DNA of 64,000 nucleotides from a virus (Duplodnaviria; Caudoviricetes): IMG/VR virus record IMGVR_UViG_3300042288_001626; one strand, 5' to 3'. Shown piece by piece: positions 27,028 to 35,762 of this stretch (position 1 is its first letter; each line of letters starts with the position of its first letter). The notes under the pieces were generated by a model. It saw only the letters and a program-made list of their open reading frames with translations, ran no database searches and was not told where the DNA came from. The position numbers and the translations under genes were made by a program.

Positions 27028-27036
27028 ATTATACCA
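27028..27036 (-). promoter_or_regulatory. extended -10 promoter TGGTATAAT
   Basis: Perfect TGn-TATAAT just downstream of the 27057 gene stop. Confidence 0.6.
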
Positions 27037-27056
27037 CAAAAAAGCTAAAAAAGCGA

Positions 27057-27728
27057 CTATGCGTGCTGATCGAGAGATGGGGTGCTAGCAGGTCTTCCTA
27101 TTGTGTCAGGAGTATTAGGCCACACTCCCACGACTCCTTGTCTGAGCGTAGTATTGGTAACACTCTCAGCATTTGTTGAAAAGTTGCTAAATTCTATATT
27201 AAATGCAGTACGTACCAAAACGTATTTACGATCGTATCTCCCTTTTCCTCGCCCTATTTGTTCTTGTAGAAGCACATCCAGGTAATATGAGCCTGCCAAA
27301 AAAGTAGAAGTTATTGTCGAAGGGATCCAGAGCTCAAAGTAACCCTCGTTGTTAGGGATAGGATACACTCCATTATCTATAGAGCCTGTCCAAACTGCGC
27401 TGGATGCTCTTGGCGAAGTTTTAACAGAAACCAAAACATCATAGTCTGCAGCCTTCACATAATCGCCTTCGTAGTACAGAAACAAATCATAGACAATATC
27501 CTCTCCCTGATAGAAGGTGTCTGGATTAGGAATACCTCGCTCAAACGGAACTCCAGGTATGCCGTCTATTGTGAGAGAAGGAATATTAATCGAGTTGGAC
27601 TGAGGATTCCTGGCGCGAATGCGGGACGTCTGTAGAGTTTCTTGTGCGTCAATAGCGATTTTGTAGACAATCCTGCTATCTCCTGAAGAAGCTGGCGTAT
27701 AGAATTGAGATGGTCCTTTTTCTTCCAT
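27057..27728 (-). CDS. tail/baseplate-associated protein (BppU-like beta-sandwich)
   Basis: FYQGEDIVYDLFL...IPSTITSTFLAGSYYLDV pattern; last gene of the tail run. Confidence 0.4.
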   Translation of the reverse strand: MEEKGPSQFYTPASSGDSRIVYKIAIDAQETLQTSRIRARNPQSNSINIPSLTIDGIPGVPFERGIPNPDTFYQGEDIVYDLFLYYEGDYVKAADYDVLVSVKTSPRASSAVWTGSIDNGVYPIPNNEGYFELWIPSTITSTFLAGSYYLDVLLQEQIGRGKGRYDRKYVLVRTAFNIEFSNFSTNAESVTNTTLRQGVVGVWPNTPDTIGRPASTPSLDQHA

Positions 27729-27730
27729 AA

Positions 27731-28054
27731 TTAAACACAAATTAGCTCTAGTTTATTCTCAGCACTGTTTCTCTTATAGTAACACAGTTTATCTAAAGCT
27801 AAAATGTTTTTAATTGCTGTGAAATCGTCATTATTCAGAGACGATAAAATGGACTCCGTCACCTGCTTGCTGCCTGCCGGTGTTGTAACGTTCATAGAGC
27901 AGTTACAAGACTTGTTCGGAGTACTAGCTTCCTCCAAAGTAAGCAGAGGAGCGAGTTTTGGAAGAGTTGATGCGATCTGAGGATTACCTTTAACCAAAGA
28001 TAACACCTGATTGACGCTGGACAGTATCAAATTTTTTTCTGAAGGATTACTCAT
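27731..28054 (-). CDS. hypothetical protein (Cys-containing)
   Basis: 107-aa ORF with SCNC motif in the tail operon. Confidence 0.6.
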   Translation of the reverse strand: MSNPSEKNLILSSVNQVLSLVKGNPQIASTLPKLAPLLTLEEASTPNKSCNCSMNVTTPAGSKQVTESILSSLNNDDFTAIKNILALDKLCYYKRNSAENKLELICV

Positions 28055-28058
28055 AAGA

Positions 28059-28928
28059 TTATAGTAATGTTGGAGTTATATTGAGAGGAGCACAAAGATC
28101 ATTAGCTTGGAATGAGAATCCTACGAATATTGTGTTATTGTTAGATGTCTCGTTAAAAGCATCTTGAAATTGTGTGGAAACAGATGTTCCTGAAGTTATA
28201 ACAATATCTGTACCCGCCACAAGCCTAAAGTTGCCCGCAACATCTGGAGGTACCCCATTGATGGTTGAAACTACCGTATCGCAGTCGCATTGCGCAGGAT
28301 CAAGGAAGTTGGTATTGCATCCCATTTTCATGCCGTAGTTTGTTCCTACAGCTAAGTCTATAACACCTTTAGCTGCATTAACTCTAAAGTTGTAGCCTTC
28401 CTGAAGAACTACGTCTCCCTGAGTATAAGATAGCGTTGTAGCATTCTGTAGAGGCAGTTTTGGAGAGTTTCCAGACGGTTCTGTTATTTTTTCAGGAGAA
28501 ATATTGAAGCCATCTACTCCAAGCCACATAGCGTCAAGCTGGAAACATACAGAAGGTTCGACAGGCATTAGATAATCCTTGGTCTTTATTGTGCTTGTGT
28601 TGTTTATATAGTCTATGACTCCAGAGCCAAAAACAGCCAGATTGCCGTCCGGATTTCGCAAATATAATGGATATATCTTTTCTCCTCCAGGAATTAGAAA
28701 AGATGCTATCTGCTTGGTCTGCGTACCGAAGCTTACAGCAACTTCTCCTGAAGGATAGCTAACAACACGAGTCAGGTATACGACTGAAGAGCCGATGTCG
28801 ATATCTTGTGTGTTTAGCTGCAAATCTAATATGAAGCTGTCTTTAAACTCTTCTGGTCTAGAGGATGTATTAACCAAAGGGTAGGCCCGCAGCTCGTTAG
28901 CATTTAACCAGTCAATTACTTGTTTCAT
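28059..28928 (-). CDS. baseplate/tail-tip paralog 5
   Basis: WLNANELRAYPL N-terminus and STINGVPPDVAGN motif shared with its neighbours. Confidence 0.55.
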   Translation of the reverse strand: MKQVIDWLNANELRAYPLVNTSSRPEEFKDSFILDLQLNTQDIDIGSSVVYLTRVVSYPSGEVAVSFGTQTKQIASFLIPGGEKIYPLYLRNPDGNLAVFGSGVIDYINNTSTIKTKDYLMPVEPSVCFQLDAMWLGVDGFNISPEKITEPSGNSPKLPLQNATTLSYTQGDVVLQEGYNFRVNAAKGVIDLAVGTNYGMKMGCNTNFLDPAQCDCDTVVSTINGVPPDVAGNFRLVAGTDIVITSGTSVSTQFQDAFNETSNNNTIFVGFSFQANDLCAPLNITPTLL

Positions 28929-29659
28929 TAGTTATTCAAGTTAGGTAATTTAAAAGCTCCGCTAGGACTGCCTGCAACTAGATCAATAGTGAGTGAGGCT
29001 GCATTGAAAGAGTTAAATTTAATGACGTCGTTAGAAATAATATTTATGTTATTATTTAGAGGTTTGACCAGGTTTATCATTTTTAATCCAGGAGAAGAAA
29101 CAGACTCAACCACGTGACCTGCTACAGCGTTGAACACCAGGCTTCGTGAGGCAGGTACAGAATTATAGAATATGGAAGAATCTTCCTGTGTGCTCCCTAG
29201 GTCGACGGCTCCGTAACAACCATCAAAAGTATATACTCCTCCAGACGAAGGTATGCTTCTTACTGTCTCAGGGGTGAACGGCACATCAAAAACAATCTTC
29301 CTGCCCACATAAGCACTCCAAAGTCTAGGTAATCCTGAGCCAAACGTAAGTGTTCCTAGAAACCTATAGTGTATGTTTGTTGGGTTATAGGGATCTACTT
29401 GATAGACTCTAACAAAATTTAAAATTTCGCTGTAGTTGCTCTTTAAGAAAGTTATATTGTCTATCAATCCAGAGTCAAACAAGACAGAAACAGTTATCTT
29501 GTCGGCGTCAACTAATATAGTTTTAAGGACAGGAACAAAGTTATCAAACTGAATAAAACTGGCGTCGGAAATCACATTAGCTACCTCAAGACCTTGACGT
29601 AAAGGATATCCTGATAGCTCATTCTCATTCTGGTAGTTTAAAGCGTCGTTAATTGCCAT
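28928..29659 (-). CDS. baseplate/tail-tip paralog 4
   Basis: YQNENELSGYPL and KMINLVKPLNNN motifs. Confidence 0.55.
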   Translation of the reverse strand: MAINDALNYQNENELSGYPLRQGLEVANVISDASFIQFDNFVPVLKTILVDADKITVSVLFDSGLIDNITFLKSNYSEILNFVRVYQVDPYNPTNIHYRFLGTLTFGSGLPRLWSAYVGRKIVFDVPFTPETVRSIPSSGGVYTFDGCYGAVDLGSTQEDSSIFYNSVPASRSLVFNAVAGHVVESVSSPGLKMINLVKPLNNNINIISNDVIKFNSFNAASLTIDLVAGSPSGAFKLPNLNN

Positions 29660-29660
29660 A

Positions 29661-30986
29661 TTACGATATTCTTAAAGGAGCTGTTGCGGCTCCAACTTCA
29701 CCAGATGTGTTAACTGCTCTTAAAGTAAAATTAACTGGACTGACCGCAGACACAATCAGAGGAGAGTCTGTCAGTCGAGGATTGTCTGAGTCGACAGTTC
29801 TGGTAATGTAAGTGGTTCCTCCATCTAGAGAGTATTGATAGTTTGCTATTGCAGAGTTTCCTCCTGTTGTTGGTGCTTTGAATACGACCGTGAGTTTGCC
29901 TGAGGCTATAGAAGCCTGCAAGATATCCGGAACTGAGGGAGCAATCAAAGGCCAATACGCATAGTACTCTTCTTTAACAAACTGAGGCCAATAGTAATAC
30001 TCAGGCCTTGAGGTGGAGTTAAAATTACTTGCCCTGCGTGACGGTATGATGGACGGATATCCTTCTTCCACATGCTTCGTCAGCGCAGGCTTACTGTAGT
30101 ATTTGTCGCGATATTCTGGTGTGTCTAGTGTGAAGCCTCCTATGTTTACTGGAGGTAATAACACCGTTTTTTGAGCACACAAAGAACTCAATGTAACTCC
30201 AGTAGTTTCGACAGATAATACTCCTGGGGTATACGGAGGAGAGTTTAACGAAGCAGTACCGTAAAAAAGTAGCGGCTTTACACCTACAATGTAGATGTTA
30301 CCGTCGTTCGCTGCTTTTGCGTCCTTATTTTCTGGCGACGGAAGTACGCCATTTATATTTTTAATTGCAGGCTTGTCGCAATTTCCCAAAGCAGACGACT
30401 TGTCTGCAGGATTAAAGACACTAGCTGGAGTCTGTACCGCCAACTGTACGCCTCCGGCAGCGTAGTTGGTTGTCTTTACCACATTCGTAAGAGTGCCAAA
30501 ATTTACGTGTCCTGTTATTTTGTTTTTTTGATTGTCTTGTATACTAGTTACTTTAGGTCTCGTATAGCAAAAAATAGTAGACTCTTCTAGTTCAGTATTT
30601 TCTTTAGTAAAAAAGATAATTCTACTTAACGCTTTTAAGGTAGATATAGACCCTAAAGTTATTGTGCCTGAAACGTAAGGCAAAAACGGAGTGAGGGGTA
30701 GTGTGATAAAATCATCAGTAAGCTCTCCTGAAAAAACCCCAATAGCCACATCATTATCCTCCGCAACACTAGAAATAGTGGCGAGAGTAATTTTGATTAT
30801 TCCGTTTTTATTAAATATTTGCTTAATATAAAGCCTGTGTTTTCCAAAAATGGTGGTGACTCTGCAATTGACTATGGCAGCATCAGAAACAATAAAACCG
30901 TCAGTAGACTGAAACAGACCTCCCTGTTTGATGGGGTATCTTCTATACTGGTTTTGATTGTTTTTTGTGAGTGTCCCTATTGACAT
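29661..30986 (-). CDS. baseplate/tail-tip paralog 3 with a C-terminal FN3-like domain
   Basis: NQNQYRRYPI, KNINGVLP; C-terminal LTVVFKAPTTGGNSAIANYQYSLDGG (FN3). Confidence 0.6.
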   Translation of the reverse strand: MSIGTLTKNNQNQYRRYPIKQGGLFQSTDGFIVSDAAIVNCRVTTIFGKHRLYIKQIFNKNGIIKITLATISSVAEDNDVAIGVFSGELTDDFITLPLTPFLPYVSGTITLGSISTLKALSRIIFFTKENTELEESTIFCYTRPKVTSIQDNQKNKITGHVNFGTLTNVVKTTNYAAGGVQLAVQTPASVFNPADKSSALGNCDKPAIKNINGVLPSPENKDAKAANDGNIYIVGVKPLLFYGTASLNSPPYTPGVLSVETTGVTLSSLCAQKTVLLPPVNIGGFTLDTPEYRDKYYSKPALTKHVEEGYPSIIPSRRASNFNSTSRPEYYYWPQFVKEEYYAYWPLIAPSVPDILQASIASGKLTVVFKAPTTGGNSAIANYQYSLDGGTTYITRTVDSDNPRLTDSPLIVSAVSPVNFTLRAVNTSGEVGAATAPLRIS

Positions 30987-30987
30987 A

Positions 30988-33900
30988 TTACGTACTTGTG
31001 AAATTTATTCCAGTTACGTTTGTATTTGATACAGTGACTGTCAAGTAAGCTGGAGTTATGGTTTTACCTGCAAAAGACGGTGTTATATTGTAAGTTCCTG
31101 TCGGAACAGCCGGTAATGTATATGTTCCGTTAGCTGCAGTGGTGGTGGATTTTCCTGTGTATGCAAAAATAGCCACTCCAGGAACACCAGTTCCTTGAGC
31201 GTCCACAACTCTCCCCGAAATACTATAGGCTGTGACAGCAGGATTCACCACTATACCTACTGTTCTAGTATGGCTTCCGTAATTGGTTGTACTTGCGGTT
31301 ATGGTCACAGCATATGTTCCAGCTACTGTAGGTGTACCTTGAATGGTTGTGCTCCCTGTTAGGCCTGTAGGCAGTCCTGTTACAGTGACCGTTGCTGCTC
31401 CCGCCCCAGCAAGTAGACCTGAGGTAGTCACAGAAAATATGTTTGGGTAGTTTACACCTGTAGTTAGAGTATATGAGCTGTTATTTGCAGGTCCGGTGAT
31501 GGCTATAGGAACAATCAGCGTGTAAGCTACGGCTGTAGACGTGCCCGAGGCATTTGTTGCTGTAAATGATACTTGATAAGGACCTGCCGCAACATTATCA
31601 GCCACAGAGCCTGTCAACACCCCTGTACTCTGGTTAAACACCAAGCCTACAGGCAGAGTACCTATACAAGCGTAACTGGTAGGAGCTCCAGAAGACTCAA
31701 CCTTTATGAGGGGGGTTGTTGTAGAGTAGGTTTGATTTTTAACTATCTGCTTAGATCCTCCTGAAATGAGATTATTTATTACAGGAGCAACAGACCTACT
31801 AAAAACTATCGATATGTCTCTATATACTGACCCTGCTGCATTTGTTGCAGCAACTCGCAGAGCATACGACACTGATGTTATTGATTGGTTGGTTGGAACA
31901 AGAGAAGGATCTAGCAGACCATAGAATTTACCTGAGCTAGAGTCTAGAGTAAAACCTAGAGGAATATTGTTTGATGTGCAGCTGTATGTGTTTTGTAAAG
32001 ATCCTACAACATTGGCAGCCACAACAAATAACGGTGAGTTGACTGTTGTTGTTGTGGTAAAACCGGTGGTTATTATTGCTCCTGCAGCTGGGGAAGTTAA
32101 CGTAGGAGCATTAAAGGTTGTGTAGTTTATAGTAAAAGGCTCAGGAAACTCTGAACGTCCTGCAGGGTTGTTTGCGTAAACTTCGCAAGAGACATATCCT
32201 GCAGCAGTAGCTGTAATTTTTCCGGTTATTTTCCCTGTAGTAGAGTTAAATGTTAAACCTGGAGGAAAGACTCCAGCTTTTACAACTAGGGTATAACCAA
32301 AAATAGGAATGTCTGGCGATGTACAAGCAATTAAAGGAGCGTCATTAGTGTAAGTAGTTATATTGTTTGCAGTCACTGGAGAGGGCTTCGATAGTGTAAC
32401 TACCGGCCTCGAAGTTTGCTGCACAAGAACATATATATCTTGAGGATTTGTTGCCTGTCCTGCAGGGTTTTCTGCAGTTAGCACAAACCGATACAGTGTA
32501 CCTACAGCCACAGATGGAGCTAGCGTACCAGTCAGTTTGCCTGTAGCTCTGTCGAAAGAGAGGCCTGCAGGCAATGTGTTGTCTTGAGCGCCAAAAAGTT
32601 TTAAAGAGTATTTGAAACTAGCATTATCTTCTAGAGAAAAGTCCGCAGACAACTTTGACATATTTGTGGCATTAGCTTGAAATATAGGCAAGGTAGCGGT
32701 ATAGACTCCTGTTTTAGTTATCTGTAAAGGATTGTTGCTGGTGTAGGTAGCGCTTAAGGGAGCTGTTATTTCAGGTAATGCCACGTAGTCTATAATGAAC
32801 TGATATATAGATCCAGGTACGGCTCCGTCAGTAGACTTATAGTATAAACTATATCTCTGATTTACTTTACTTGTCGGTATTTGTGAGGAGGATAGCGTTA
32901 AGGTATATGTACTGGGGTTGTATAAAGAATTAACGTTAAACCAATCTGGAACACTCCCATTCAGGGTATACTGGGTTGTTCCTGTAGATAATGTAATCTG
33001 TGCTGTAGGAGTTGATACGCTTTGAGCATAAGGAAAAGCTCTTCCTTGATAGGCTCTAAATAGCTTTGAATCTCCTGTAGGGTCGGGACAGCTAACACCA
33101 TTCACTCCAGGTAAAACATACGGCACTCCTATAGGCTTATGAGGTACCGTCGTAATGTCATCAACACTTATAGTAAAAGTCTGCCCGGCAGTACCACACT
33201 CGATATAGTATACGGCCTCTATAAATGCGTATTGATTACAGCCTATATTAACTTCGGGCACAGTGGCCTGAGTTATGCCTGAAGCTGTTCTAATTTTAAA
33301 CACCCCTTGTTGTATAAAATTACCACTAGCGAATATCGACTTAACCTTAACTAGACTTTTTGAAGGATTATAGACCGCAACAACTACTGCAAGAAATGTG
33401 ACATATTTACCTCCTGAGGCATAGCCTTCTGTTGTTGTGTATTTGACTTGAAAGTACGGAGTAAGAAAACCTGAAGAGAGCAGATTGTAGTCTGCTACTG
33501 CGACATTAATATTACTTACAGCACCATTGTCTAAAACACAAAACCACACTCCATCTCCTGTGGCTGCAGGAGCAGAATCTAGCAGTACAGAAGTGTCTGA
33601 TATATACGAAACAATCATATGCGTTCTGATAGTTCCGTTGGGGTACGCTAACTGGATGTGTCTGCCTTCGTGATAATTTTGTATAAATTTTTCTCCACAC
33701 TGAACGTAGTTAAGGTCTGTTGGGTTGTCAGAACCTCTGTAAAAAGGATTACCTTGCAGACAAAAAGATTTAGCTGTAAATACCAAACCTGTAGCGGTTC
33801 CTTTGCCTCTCGTTTCTGTGTTTTGTGCAGCTATCTTGTTTAATTCTATAACGCCGTCGCTTACTCGATTTAAGTAGTGTGCAAAAGCAGCCAAATTTTC

Positions 33901-34842
33901 TGGAGCACACCTAGGGGTGCAGAAGTTTTCAATAACCAGTGTACTGCCTGGAGAGGTAGCGTTAAAATTTTTTGTTCCTGTGTTTGTCTGTACCGTAAAC
34001 GCTTTATATGGCGTTAACGGATTGTTGGAGGGAGAAAGGGAGTTATACAGAACAGACGTATTGTCAGTCAAAACATCAGCAGTATAGCATCCTGAGACAT
34101 TAAAATACATGCTGCCAGAGTTGTCTGGCTTTACATTGTTGATAGTATACAAATCAGAAAATCCTTCCGCAGGTACAGAGCAAGGGTCGTATAGTCCTGC
34201 TCCTGCTCCTCTAATAACCCACAATTCTCCTTGTGTGGTTGTGTCTGTTCTAAACACAATGTTAGACTTTGGACGTATTCTGGCAGTAGGAGAAAAGTCT
34301 GTTGGTGAGTTGTAATAGAACCTTCTTACTGGAGCTGCGAACTGCCTTATTTTTCCTGCTGGGTCGACATCGGAGGTGTACGAAGCTACAACGATAGAAT
34401 TTATCTTCGGAGATTTTAGAACTACCGCAGGCGAAGCTAGTGTGGTTTCTTCCGGTGTATAGTTTTGAGAAAATCCGGAAGGAATAGTAACAATACCTGC
34501 ACCGAAAACAAACTTTACAGAAAATGAAGAGTAGCTGAACCCTACAAAGCTAGACGTTAGATTGGCTCTGTGGTCCTGTAAAGCGGCAGAGACTATTGTA
34601 ACACTAGGAGAAATGGGCGTACCTGTCTCCAGATTAGAGAAAGTTAACACCAAGTCTCCTGTCTGTGTCTTAGCTATATTGCTAATGTATACACTTCTTA
34701 TTGAGTCCGCATAAGACACAAATAGAATATCATAAAACCAATTCTGCTGAACAGGATTGACACTTGATGTGGTTGTAGCTCCTCGCGCCTTAAACGGATA
34801 CGCGGTCAGGCTATTTGCGGTTAGATACTCCAGAGCTGCCAT
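30988..34842 (-). CDS. large tail fibre/adhesin (paralog 2) with tandem putative-Ig (He_PIG-like) repeats and a C-terminal carboxypeptidase-regulatory-like domain
   Basis: YLTANSLTAYPF, YTINNVKPD; five LP.GL.F...TG.L.G-type repeats; terminal YSISGRVVDAQGTGVPGV...TTAANGTY. Confidence 0.75.
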   Translation of the reverse strand: MAALEYLTANSLTAYPFKARGATTTSSVNPVQQNWFYDILFVSYADSIRSVYISNIAKTQTGDLVLTFSNLETGTPISPSVTIVSAALQDHRANLTSSFVGFSYSSFSVKFVFGAGIVTIPSGFSQNYTPEETTLASPAVVLKSPKINSIVVASYTSDVDPAGKIRQFAAPVRRFYYNSPTDFSPTARIRPKSNIVFRTDTTTQGELWVIRGAGAGLYDPCSVPAEGFSDLYTINNVKPDNSGSMYFNVSGCYTADVLTDNTSVLYNSLSPSNNPLTPYKAFTVQTNTGTKNFNATSPGSTLVIENFCTPRCAPENLAAFAHYLNRVSDGVIELNKIAAQNTETRGKGTATGLVFTAKSFCLQGNPFYRGSDNPTDLNYVQCGEKFIQNYHEGRHIQLAYPNGTIRTHMIVSYISDTSVLLDSAPAATGDGVWFCVLDNGAVSNINVAVADYNLLSSGFLTPYFQVKYTTTEGYASGGKYVTFLAVVVAVYNPSKSLVKVKSIFASGNFIQQGVFKIRTASGITQATVPEVNIGCNQYAFIEAVYYIECGTAGQTFTISVDDITTVPHKPIGVPYVLPGVNGVSCPDPTGDSKLFRAYQGRAFPYAQSVSTPTAQITLSTGTTQYTLNGSVPDWFNVNSLYNPSTYTLTLSSSQIPTSKVNQRYSLYYKSTDGAVPGSIYQFIIDYVALPEITAPLSATYTSNNPLQITKTGVYTATLPIFQANATNMSKLSADFSLEDNASFKYSLKLFGAQDNTLPAGLSFDRATGKLTGTLAPSVAVGTLYRFVLTAENPAGQATNPQDIYVLVQQTSRPVVTLSKPSPVTANNITTYTNDAPLIACTSPDIPIFGYTLVVKAGVFPPGLTFNSTTGKITGKITATAAGYVSCEVYANNPAGRSEFPEPFTINYTTFNAPTLTSPAAGAIITTGFTTTTTVNSPLFVVAANVVGSLQNTYSCTSNNIPLGFTLDSSSGKFYGLLDPSLVPTNQSITSVSYALRVAATNAAGSVYRDISIVFSRSVAPVINNLISGGSKQIVKNQTYSTTTPLIKVESSGAPTSYACIGTLPVGLVFNQSTGVLTGSVADNVAAGPYQVSFTATNASGTSTAVAYTLIVPIAITGPANNSSYTLTTGVNYPNIFSVTTSGLLAGAGAATVTVTGLPTGLTGSTTIQGTPTVAGTYAVTITASTTNYGSHTRTVGIVVNPAVTAYSISGRVVDAQGTGVPGVAIFAYTGKSTTTAANGTYTLPAVPTGTYNITPSFAGKTITPAYLTVTVSNTNVTGINFTST

Positions 34843-34866
34843 ATAGGTTTATTTTAGCAGCTTGAG

Positions 34867-35757
34867 CTAGCATGAGCAATTAGAGTTTATGGTAGACAGA
34901 TACGTAGTTAGCTGCGAATTAACTCCATTGTATCCACTCTTTAAATCTAAATATTTGTTTTCAAGCGAAGTTAGTCTGCCTGTAAGTTCTTCAAGATCGC
35001 TGCAGCCTGAGCATGGCGTACAACATGTATCATCTAGGTTTAAAGTATACTGAGAGGAGTTCGACAGCTTAACACAGTCTTTACCTATTAAATTGATGTT
35101 TCCGTTTGTTTTGTCTGGAGCGACACCATTTATAGTTTTTATACATGTGTTTACTGAGCACTGCTTGCTTAAGCCTAAATTGTCTCCAGCATCTAAAAAC
35201 ACCTCGTTAGCGGTTGAACTAAAGGAGAACTGCATATTGCTTCTAGCAGTAAGAATTACATCTCCAGAAAGCGCACGTACACCATTTAGTTCGTCAACAA
35301 ACTCAATTCTATCAATCCCTCTAAGTCCTGGAATTATAGTTCTAGGCTCAAACTCAGTAGCTGTACTTAAAAAGACGAATTCTCCTGCAGGTTGGTAGAT
35401 AAGATCGTTTAAAGTACCTATAGTCATCTTACCGTTGGCTGCGACATAGCTACTGGTCGCAGTCATATAGTAATCTTTGTTTGTGGTATGAGACGATTTA
35501 TTTACGCTAAACGTACCGACAATGACATTATTAGCAGTGTCGCTAATTTCTATGACTACAGACGAGAGGGCATTAAATACTTTAGAGACATAGAACTTTC
35601 GGGAAACATCGCTAGATGCTGTGAGAGAAAAGTCCACAATCAAAGTATCAGGAATAGCGAACAGACTATCTGCACTTATCGCGCTCAAGCCTTCTCGGAT
35701 AGGATACTTCCTCAATCCGTTCATAGATTCCCAATCAAGACTGTCGATCCAAGGCAT
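34867..35757 (-). CDS. baseplate/tail-tip paralog 1
   Basis: WESMNGLRKYPI, KTINGVAPDKTNGNINL, CCTPCSGC followed by a coiled coil. Confidence 0.55.
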   Translation of the reverse strand: MPWIDSLDWESMNGLRKYPIREGLSAISADSLFAIPDTLIVDFSLTASSDVSRKFYVSKVFNALSSVVIEISDTANNVIVGTFSVNKSSHTTNKDYYMTATSSYVAANGKMTIGTLNDLIYQPAGEFVFLSTATEFEPRTIIPGLRGIDRIEFVDELNGVRALSGDVILTARSNMQFSFSSTANEVFLDAGDNLGLSKQCSVNTCIKTINGVAPDKTNGNINLIGKDCVKLSNSSQYTLNLDDTCCTPCSGCSDLEELTGRLTSLENKYLDLKSGYNGVNSQLTTYLSTINSNCSC

Positions 35758-35762
35758 AGTGA

